In this document: positions 8,493 through 15,372 of the stretch, one piece after another
Position numbering within the stretch: position 1 is the stretch's first letter
Layout: each line of letters starts with the position of its first letter
From: an uncultured virus (IMG/VR IMGVR_UViG_3300011232_000001)
Lineage: Duplodnaviria > Heunggongvirae > Uroviricota > Caudoviricetes
DNA: 20,000 nt
Virus record (IMG/VR): IMGVR_UViG_3300011232_000001
Location: 48,337 to 68,336 of that record
Direction: 5' to 3' (one strand)
Notes under the pieces: model-generated
Database searches by the model: none
The model's input: only the letters and a program-made list of their open reading frames with translations
What the model was told of the DNA's origin: nothing
Position numbers and translations under genes: made by a program

Positions 8493-8981
8493 TTACAAAT
8501 TAAAGGGCATGGGGAACTCAATAATATAATTGCCTGTTGCCTTTCGAGTCAGGTCAACGTTCATAATTTGTTTAACCTCTGGCACAGATGTACCATTGAG
8601 GAAACTAATAATATAATTGATCATTGCCTCTTTGAACGTGTCAGGTAAGGGGAAATTATCAGTAGTGCTAGTGATCTGAGGCAGTACGTAAAAGTACTCC
8701 ATTTTGCAATCTTTATCTACAGTAATTTTTGAACCTAGCAGTGAGTATTTAACTGTTGTATCAAACCCAACCAGTTTAGAAAAGTTAGCAGGTAAATAAT
8801 TATCACCTGTTTTTAATGTCATATTATCTTTAGTGACGTAATGGTTACAGTCAGCAAGAATGTCAGAGGCCATACTCAACACAAGGTTAAGTGACTCAAT
8901 TAAATGTTCGTCTGAGTACTTCACCTTACGTGTATCCCCTAAAACCATACGCAACGTTGCGAAGAAGCTTTCTACTGTCAT
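8493..8981 (-). CDS. Head-tail adaptor/tail ring protein, paralogue 1
   Basis: 162 aa. Motifs LRMVLGD...KYSDEHLIESLN, LPANF.K and YFYVLP......DNFPL. GGAGG SD and ATGA overlap. Confidence 0.75.
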   Translation of the reverse strand: MTVESFFATLRMVLGDTRKVKYSDEHLIESLNLVLSMASDILADCNHYVTKDNMTLKTGDNYLPANFSKLVGFDTTVKYSLLGSKITVDKDCKMEYFYVLPQITSTTDNFPLPDTFKEAMINYIISFLNGTSVPEVKQIMNVDLTRKATGNYIIEFPMPFNL

Positions 8982-9310
8982 ACACTACCTCCTGACACTT
9001 TATATTCAGGGTATTTAACAAGGAATTTCTTTAATGCAAGTCTTGCCTCTGGGCTACCCATTGGAGCATTTATAAGCATAGTTCCGTCAAAATCTTGTTG
9101 TAACACCTCTACAGGAATTGTTGCTACCTTACGAAGTGTTCTGTCTTTGCTCCAGCCAGTAGGGTTATCTATTCTCTGTTGGTTAACATGTTCTAGCACA
9201 GGGTCTAGATTAACGCGATTTGTTAATGTGATAATTCCATCTTTGTCAATTTGTAAATTCTGCTTTCTCATACAAAAAAATAGGGGAAGGGTATTAAACC
9301 CCTCCCCCAT
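8978..9310 (-). CDS. Phage protein immediately downstream of the major capsid gene (function unknown)
   Basis: 110 aa. ATG 9310 has AAGGAG (9321-9326), while the alternative ATG 9271 has no SD. The LDPVL..RKVATIP..LKKFL..GGSV pattern resembles proteins commonly found after this capsid type. Confidence 0.75.
   Translation of the reverse strand: MGEGFNTLPLFFCMRKQNLQIDKDGIITLTNRVNLDPVLEHVNQQRIDNPTGWSKDRTLRKVATIPVEVLQQDFDGTMLINAPMGSPEARLALKKFLVKYPEYKVSGGSV
9274..9310 (-). terminator. Rho-independent terminator after the major capsid gene
   Basis: The minus strand reads ATGGGGGAGGGGT-TTAAT-ACCCTTCCCCTAT-TTTTTT. This is a 13-bp stem (two G-U pairs) with a 5-nt loop and a U tract, beginning 15 nt after the capsid stop. 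Confidence 0.85.
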
Positions 9311-9325
9311 TAATCACACTCTCCT

Positions 9326-10210
9326 TTAACCTGTGATATTGATAATTGCGCTATGAGCGTCTTTAGTACGGCATTCCATAGTCAATTGACCAGTAATTAC
9401 CTTAGCAATCTTCAGGCTGTCTTTCGGCAGTTCAGAAGTTTTGAAGGGAATCAGGTATGCCAATTTCCAGTACTGCATTTCAAGAATATCAATTCTGGAG
9501 TTAGGCTGCATTCTGTGTGCCATCATTTTAACGACACCAAAATCACTTTCATATACCTCAATTACCTGTACTAGACGTTTTTCAGACATATTTTTGTTCT
9601 TCTGAGCGCCAGCAGTCCACGAAGAAATCAGGCGTTTGTTATGACCTGAAACAATTGCAATTTCAGGAACCCCGCCTTTATCCCATGCAAGCTGAACAGC
9701 ATCATTGAAACGTGCTTCCGTGAGTTTTCCATCACCAGCATTTGCAGTGCAGTCAACTACATTCACACTATTAAATGCAGGGATACCTCCAAACTGACCA
9801 GGAACAGTAGCACTTCCTTCAGTGGCGACAGCATTGTTAATAATTGCGTATTCTACATCACGCGCAATTTCTTTCATGCATTTTGCCATTTGATAGCCAA
9901 TTTCCGACTTCAAACCTGCTTTAAGTACTGTTTCCTGGGATTCAGTTACATAGTAACCTTTCATGAAGATTTGTACGAAGTTGTGCAAACGTACACGCGG
10001 AGTGGCGCTTGCTACTTCATAATCTGCATCCTCCAGGTGTTTGTTAGTCGCAGGGCTACCAATGCTATCAGTCAGCCATGCATGAGTCATTGCCTTACAA
10101 TCAGCACGACCAAATTTATTCATAAGAGGTGCATCGTCTGGGGCAATATTGGTGATTACATCAACCAAATCCTCCCTGTTTCCTACTGCGTTATATGTTA
10201 ATGAAGCCAT
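9326..10210 (-). CDS. Major capsid protein (HK97 fold, DUF5309/SU10-like)
   Basis: 294 aa. Motifs GNREDLVDVITNIAP.D.P, H.W.TD, N..QIF, E..YQ..K...E..RD.E and YESDFG. It follows the scaffold gene and precedes a terminator. Confidence 0.9.
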   Translation of the reverse strand: MASLTYNAVGNREDLVDVITNIAPDDAPLMNKFGRADCKAMTHAWLTDSIGSPATNKHLEDADYEVASATPRVRLHNFVQIFMKGYYVTESQETVLKAGLKSEIGYQMAKCMKEIARDVEYAIINNAVATEGSATVPGQFGGIPAFNSVNVVDCTANAGDGKLTEARFNDAVQLAWDKGGVPEIAIVSGHNKRLISSWTAGAQKNKNMSEKRLVQVIEVYESDFGVVKMMAHRMQPNSRIDILEMQYWKLAYLIPFKTSELPKDSLKIAKVITGQLTMECRTKDAHSAIINITG

Positions 10211-10242
10211 CTAAACATCTTCTCCTTTATATATCATATTTT

Positions 10243-11235
10243 TTAAATCAATCCCCAATCCAATAGTTTTTGAACCTGGGCATCCATTGTTTTACCACGA
10301 AATTCTTTCATATCTCTAGACTTTGACACTGGTTGACTCACAGTACCTATCCCTGGACTTTCGACTTTAGGAGGTGTAGCCGTAACTTGTTTAGTTGTTG
10401 ACGCTACAGGAGTTGCAATCTGATTTTTCTCATGCCATTTTTTACGTGTATCTTCGATGAAGTCTCGAACAACTTGCATTTTACCAGCCTGAATTGCCTG
10501 TAACACTTTATCACTATCCACTCGACTCATTTCATTGTTAAGTCTGTAATGAGCGTAAGCGTCTAGTTCGTCAAAGTTCTCCCCCTCTTTGTCTCTGTAC
10601 TCTTGGATTAAGTCTGTGTATTGACGTTGCATATTTTGCTGTTGGACTGCCTCGTATTGCATTCTGTTTAATTCAACAGTCATAGCAGTATAATGCATTG
10701 GGTCATATTCATTAAATGTCTCTTCTTGGGGAAGTTCCAGTGCTGCCCTTGCTCTTGCAATAGCTTCCTCTTTTAATTTAGCTATGGCATCTTTTGCTTT
10801 GAACTCAGGTGCAGGCTGTTGCGTTTGTGCAGGAGTGCGTTTAGCTTGCTCCATTTGCTCCAGTTCCTGTTTTCTCCGCGAAAGTTCTTGGGTCTTACGT
10901 GTGTAATCTTCTCCCTTTTGGAAATTACTAATAAGTTCGTCTATTGTAACTTCCTTTTCTTCGCCATTAGATTTAACTTTATATTTCGGAGGTTCTTTTT
11001 TCTCTGGTTCCTGGGTAGTTTTAGGTTGTTCAACTTGTGTTGAGTCCTCTTCTTCCTCATCGTCACCAAAAATCAAATTACCATCTTCATCTAACATAAA
11101 GTCAAACTTCTGTTCTTTTGTCTCTGCTTCCAGGTTCGTTTGGTCATCAGAGACTGTATCTTGAATGGAATCCTCTGCGGTTGTTCCATCATCAGCAAAA
11201 CATTGTAAATCAAACTTGAATAACTCTAAATTCAT
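10243..11235 (-). CDS. Capsid scaffolding protein with N-terminal Prp-type cleavage motif
   Basis: 330 aa with an acidic disordered N-terminus. Scaffold motif YKVKSNGEEKEVTIDELISNFQKGEDYTRKTQEL, then a coiled coil and a TPPKVESPG tail. Starts MNLELFKFDLQCF|ADD. GGGAGG SD. Confidence 0.88.
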   Translation of the reverse strand: MNLELFKFDLQCFADDGTTAEDSIQDTVSDDQTNLEAETKEQKFDFMLDEDGNLIFGDDEEEEDSTQVEQPKTTQEPEKKEPPKYKVKSNGEEKEVTIDELISNFQKGEDYTRKTQELSRRKQELEQMEQAKRTPAQTQQPAPEFKAKDAIAKLKEEAIARARAALELPQEETFNEYDPMHYTAMTVELNRMQYEAVQQQNMQRQYTDLIQEYRDKEGENFDELDAYAHYRLNNEMSRVDSDKVLQAIQAGKMQVVRDFIEDTRKKWHEKNQIATPVASTTKQVTATPPKVESPGIGTVSQPVSKSRDMKEFRGKTMDAQVQKLLDWGLI

Positions 11236-11269
11236 AAATCCTCCCTAGACTGTGCTATGCACTTGGTCT

Positions 11270-11563
11270 TTAAATATTATCTGAAACTGCTATACTAACT
11301 GGGCTTGTATAAAATTTGTGGGTATTAGAAAAGGTGACCTCCAATGCGAGTTTATAAGTCTCAGCACTTGGAAAGTCACCTGGCTTTGTAACATAGAATG
11401 CTATTCCACTCTCAGGGTCATGTACTTCACATGGTTTAACTATTCTTGTTGAATTAGAACTCCACTTAATGATTAGGTTAACTGTTGCACCTGTGAGGTT
11501 TACCACTTGACCATCTTCTTTTACCACAAATGTTAACTGTACCCCATAATCTCCTACAATCAT
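11270..11563 (-). CDS. BppU_N-like (Ig-fold) adaptor protein
   Basis: 97 aa. Motifs GD....LTF....DG..VNLTGATV, G...Y....GDF and Y..LEVTF. TAATG-coupled to the 933-aa gene. Confidence 0.75.
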   Translation of the reverse strand: MIVGDYGVQLTFVVKEDGQVVNLTGATVNLIIKWSSNSTRIVKPCEVHDPESGIAFYVTKPGDFPSAETYKLALEVTFSNTHKFYTSPVSIAVSDNI

Positions 11564-14364
11564 TAGATTTTCACCTCAATTTTCTGTGATCTTGATATTT
11601 TGCTACTAAAATCATTAGTTCTTTTTACACTTGTAGTATAGTTATGATTCCTGGTAGCTGATACCTCAAAAGTGTAATCTGTGTCAAATGAAGTCCCATT
11701 CAGGAATAATTCTTTCGGCAGGAAGTTCACTATAATTAGTCTTAGTGTCTCAGGCGTAGTGGTTATGCTTCTAACAACAATTCTACTAATATCAACTTCT
11801 GATACGTAGGCCATCGCAATACGTCTATTGAGGTCATACTTATGTATGAAGCCTGTGCCTTTAGTTCGTATAGTGTCAAACACAAACGACATAAATTGTC
11901 TTTTAGTTTTTCTACTAGTGTCGTATCTGCTTAACGTTGTTAAGTTGATATGTCTTGAAGTTTTCGCTACTAAAGCGCCTTTAGGGGCTATTGTTCTACT
12001 GGTATCAAATGATAACTGTGTATCAGTTAAATGCAGGTCAGTATTAATAAGTCTCGCAGTGTCAAATACTTTTGAAAAAGGAGCCTTAACCTGACGCAAC
12101 ACATCACCATATAGTAATACTGTGCTTCCTATTTTTCTAATAGTGTCTGGTTTATTTGAAACACCATAGACTACAGTACGAGAACTATCAATATTTATAG
12201 TGGTGACTATAGATGGAAGCGCAATAACACGCGAAGTATCTGGGCGAATTGTGATTGTATTCCCAGTACTACGAGTTGTTTTGCAGGAAATTGACACTGT
12301 GTTTCTGTATATACGTTTAGTATCACCTGTAAAAGATGTATTGCCGTATACAACATGACGTACAGTATCTGAACCCAATAATACAGACCACATATCACTT
12401 ATTGTACGTTTGGTATCAACAGTAATTGAAATAGCTAATATTGGTGCGCGTACAGTATCTGCTATCCAAGAATCATTAAGAGCTATTCGCCTCTTTGAAT
12501 CAATGTTTACTGATTGATTAACGTCAATACTTCTTTTTGTGTCTGCATTCAAAATTTCATTAACTAATAGGAAGTAAATGCGTAATGTGTCTCCTGTAAT
12601 ACTAACAAAACGCATAATGTGACGTAAGGTGTTTACTTGTTTTTGAAGGTTGTTCAGTGTAGAACGTTTAGTATCAATAGCAATAGATACTGTTGATACA
12701 CCTTTTCTAAACGTGTCACATGTTAAATTTGTACTATCTAGGTAAGTGGCTTGCCTTAATGTATCTCCGCTTACACTAACGTTTAATAATACAGGACGTT
12801 TGGTATCCAGATTAGGATAGTTACTTACAGTGGTTTTACGTATTAAATCACTAAGCCAACTATAATTTAATACAAGCTTTCTGATTGTATTATTTAAGCT
12901 GCTTGTATTTAAAAGCGTATGTCGTAAGGCATCATGATAGGTTGCGCTGTTATGCAGAATTAACCTGCTAGTATCAGCCCCAATACCATGTGTTACTCTA
13001 GTCTGTCTTATAGTATCAATAGTGACAGACTCTGCCTTCTGCCATATCGTAGACCTGGCTGTATCTGGGTTTATTGTTACTGTGACTCCTATTTTGCGTA
13101 GCAAATCTGCTGTTGCAGTACTAGGAGCATATACTCCGCGTAAGGAATCATCCGTTACTAATATTGTTTTTAAAACTTGTCTTAAACTATCAAGGTTTAG
13201 TGTAGTTGGTATCCCTACAGTAATAGGCCATATCATGCCAGCGTTATAATTCTGTGTTATTTCCGTAGTAGTTAATGCACGATTGTAAAGACGAACAATT
13301 GGCATTTTCCCATTGAAATACAAAGAACCACCGTATTTACCTACCTGCAATTTGCTTGTAGTATCATCAAGCAAAACTGCACCTGAAGCAGTGGAGCCTT
13401 TTAAAACAGTGTTGATATAGATAGCTCTAGCACCAGCCGAGGTTTTAGTTGCTACAAGATGATACCAAGTATTAATTGCCAACGCTCCTGAAGACGTGGA
13501 ACAAGAGGCATTGCCTGTCCACCATGCAACCTGACCACTGGCAAACATACGTAAATAAAAAGAAGTACTGTAATTTCTAGCTACAAAACAAGCATCCTTT
13601 AGCTGTGCAGGGTTTATCCAACACTCTACAGTACATTCACTGGTAAAGTTTAATGCGCTATTATAATTAGCCTCTCCATAATCATTAGTACCATCTAGGA
13701 CTAAAGTATATGGGTCTGTTGCCGTATTTGTCCCTGTCCATCCTGAAGCATTGTTGAAGGACATATTATAAAGAATTGCGTCTATACGATTACCAGAAAT
13801 ATCACGCCAAACTGCCGCGAATGGGGCTTCATAGCTACTACATGTTGAACTTAATTCCACCATAGGATGAAACACATAGCAATCAACGTCACCTGTTTCA
13901 CCAAGGGCGTAGGTTGCAAATGCCATATTAATCCATGCTGAATCACTAGCTACAATACCTTCTATTTTATATAGCTGCCAATCAGTATTAGGCGGTATGT
14001 TTATATAGTGGAGATAATTGTCACCAAAGGTTATACCAGTATCGCCTGTCTTGATATAGACCTGCATAGAGTACGTTGCACCTGCGGTACTCTGCCCTAA
14101 AGTAGTAAAGTATTTAGTAGGGTTTGTGCCTCCAGATGACTTTAACCTATAGGCTCCTACTCCACCTGTAGGGTCAGCATTACCGCCTGTTAGCGTGATC
14201 GTAGCTCCTGCATAGGCTACCCAACCACTACCACTTGCAAAGGTATCAGCACTAGGTGAAAGGATATTCTTTCCTACTGTATTTGTCCCTGGTGCCGAAC
14301 CTGTAGCCTGGGCCGCGTGGTAGTCTACAACAAGACCTGATTTTACATAATTAGGTGTTGCCAT
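11563..14364 (-). CDS. Fibre-like virion protein (933 aa) with a carbohydrate-binding-like domain, a LamG/concanavalin A-like domain and about 34 DTxR repeats
   Basis: LamG motifs LDGTNDY, TVECWINP, NTWYHLVAT, IYIN and FNG....VRLYNRALT..EI.QNY. The C-terminal half is a roughly 14-aa periodic D-[TS]-x-R array. Confidence 0.8.
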   Translation of the reverse strand: MATPNYVKSGLVVDYHAAQATGSAPGTNTVGKNILSPSADTFASGSGWVAYAGATITLTGGNADPTGGVGAYRLKSSGGTNPTKYFTTLGQSTAGATYSMQVYIKTGDTGITFGDNYLHYINIPPNTDWQLYKIEGIVASDSAWINMAFATYALGETGDVDCYVFHPMVELSSTCSSYEAPFAAVWRDISGNRIDAILYNMSFNNASGWTGTNTATDPYTLVLDGTNDYGEANYNSALNFTSECTVECWINPAQLKDACFVARNYSTSFYLRMFASGQVAWWTGNASCSTSSGALAINTWYHLVATKTSAGARAIYINTVLKGSTASGAVLLDDTTSKLQVGKYGGSLYFNGKMPIVRLYNRALTTTEITQNYNAGMIWPITVGIPTTLNLDSLRQVLKTILVTDDSLRGVYAPSTATADLLRKIGVTVTINPDTARSTIWQKAESVTIDTIRQTRVTHGIGADTSRLILHNSATYHDALRHTLLNTSSLNNTIRKLVLNYSWLSDLIRKTTVSNYPNLDTKRPVLLNVSVSGDTLRQATYLDSTNLTCDTFRKGVSTVSIAIDTKRSTLNNLQKQVNTLRHIMRFVSITGDTLRIYFLLVNEILNADTKRSIDVNQSVNIDSKRRIALNDSWIADTVRAPILAISITVDTKRTISDMWSVLLGSDTVRHVVYGNTSFTGDTKRIYRNTVSISCKTTRSTGNTITIRPDTSRVIALPSIVTTINIDSSRTVVYGVSNKPDTIRKIGSTVLLYGDVLRQVKAPFSKVFDTARLINTDLHLTDTQLSFDTSRTIAPKGALVAKTSRHINLTTLSRYDTSRKTKRQFMSFVFDTIRTKGTGFIHKYDLNRRIAMAYVSEVDISRIVVRSITTTPETLRLIIVNFLPKELFLNGTSFDTDYTFEVSATRNHNYTTSVKRTNDFSSKISRSQKIEVKI
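11740..13191 (-). repeat. Protein-level tandem repeat: about 34 units of about 14 aa, core D-T/S-x-R
   Basis: Counted in the translation from DSLR (codon at 13191) to ETLR (ending 11740). Most spacings are exactly 14 aa, some 15-19. The repeat is degenerate at DNA level. Confidence 0.9.
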
Positions 14365-14382
14365 AGGAGGTTACCCCCCTTC

Positions 14383-14793
14383 TTATACAGCTTGAATAGT
14401 TGTATTTACTACTAAATCAACTGTGGTATCATTCGATGGTGTTTCATCAGATGTTGCTTTAGCTTTAGCCCAGAAAATTGTATTAGTTGTGTTGATAATA
14501 CTGGAAATAGTTAATGCTGCACCATATGCCCCAAATGTTCCTGCGCTACCACTATTATCATTTGCTAATGCCCATTTACTGGCGCTAGTGCCTGTCGGTG
14601 TGACCGTAGTGTTCCCATAGGTGTTATACCCTGTATCACAACGCAAAGCGAGTTTAATTGCAGCACCTTCCTCGTTTGTACTCGCGTTTAGATTCCCAGT
14701 AGTAATAGGCGTAGTTCCTGTTCCTTCACTGACCTGTGTACCATTTGTACCACCAGCCGTGGGAGAACCCATATACATATGAATATATGCCAT
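14383..14793 (-). CDS. Thr/Gly/Ala-rich beta-strand virion protein (putative head decoration or fibre-associated protein)
   Basis: 136 aa with an AAGGAG SD. Motifs PTAGGTNGT.VS, KLALRC..GY and NTIFWAKA....E.P.ND. Composition is typical of structural proteins. Confidence 0.65.
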   Translation of the reverse strand: MAYIHMYMGSPTAGGTNGTQVSEGTGTTPITTGNLNASTNEEGAAIKLALRCDTGYNTYGNTTVTPTGTSASKWALANDNSGSAGTFGAYGAALTISSIINTTNTIFWAKAKATSDETPSNDTTVDLVVNTTIQAV

Positions 14794-14800
14794 TTATAAA

Positions 14801-15127
14801 TCACTCCTTCTCAAATATTTTTCTTAAATCTGGATTGTCTTTTAATACCTGAAATAGCCCTTGACCAAGTTTGACTACAATAGCTTCATCACTTTTAGAA
14901 GGTAATGGGATATTATAATGAAACACAATTCCATGAATAGTCTCATGAAGGGTTGTTTCAATTTGTCTGTCTTCTGGGTATTTATTAGATACTAAAATCT
15001 CTTGATCTGTAAAATCAATGGAACCTGATAACTCTGCATCCCCTAGCTCTTTAATTTTAGGAACATCTTCAACAGATTTAACAGTATAATCAAATCCTGC
15101 GATTCGTATATTAGAGGGTATTTTCAT
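14801..15127 (-). CDS. HExxH zincin-like (ImmA/IrrE-like) putative metallopeptidase
   Basis: 108 aa. G.IDF..QEI.VS..RQIETTLHETIHGI with a downstream Glu (DEAIV). GGAGG SD and TAATG overlap. Confidence 0.7.
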   Translation of the reverse strand: MKIPSNIRIAGFDYTVKSVEDVPKIKELGDAELSGSIDFTDQEILVSNKYPEDRQIETTLHETIHGIVFHYNIPLPSKSDEAIVVKLGQGLFQVLKDNPDLRKIFEKE

Positions 15128-15372
15128 TAAAAGTCTTCCTCCAATATCTGCTGTGCTACCAAACCTCTATTTACATATGCATCAACATGTTTCTCAAACG
15201 TGTCAACTGCGTGGTAGATACCCCTGAGTTGGGTTATATCCTCCATTTTGCACGTTGCTAGTTGGAGCAGTACCCATTGCCTGTACTCCTGGAGAAACTT
15301 GTCCATGTATTCCTTGACCACCTGGGCTTTCTGTCCCTGTTGGATTTCCATTAGGGTCTGTGAGTTGTCCAT
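15127..15372 (-). CDS. Small helical protein following and overlapping the portal gene (81 aa)
   Basis: Start re-assigned to ATG 15372 (GGAGGT at 15377-15382). Reads MDNSQTLMEIQQGQKAQ..LRG..V..G..A, matching the small helical gene usually found after P22-like portals. Confidence 0.75.
   Translation of the reverse strand: MDNSQTLMEIQQGQKAQVVKEYMDKFLQEYRQWVLLQLATCKMEDITQLRGIYHAVDTFEKHVDAYVNRGLVAQQILEEDF

Noticed and set aside
2918..14364. Diversity-generating retroelement target in a fibre gene, or a CRISPR array
   Set aside because: No reverse transcriptase, no template/variable repeat pair and no regularly spaced DNA repeats were seen. The repeats exist only at protein level.
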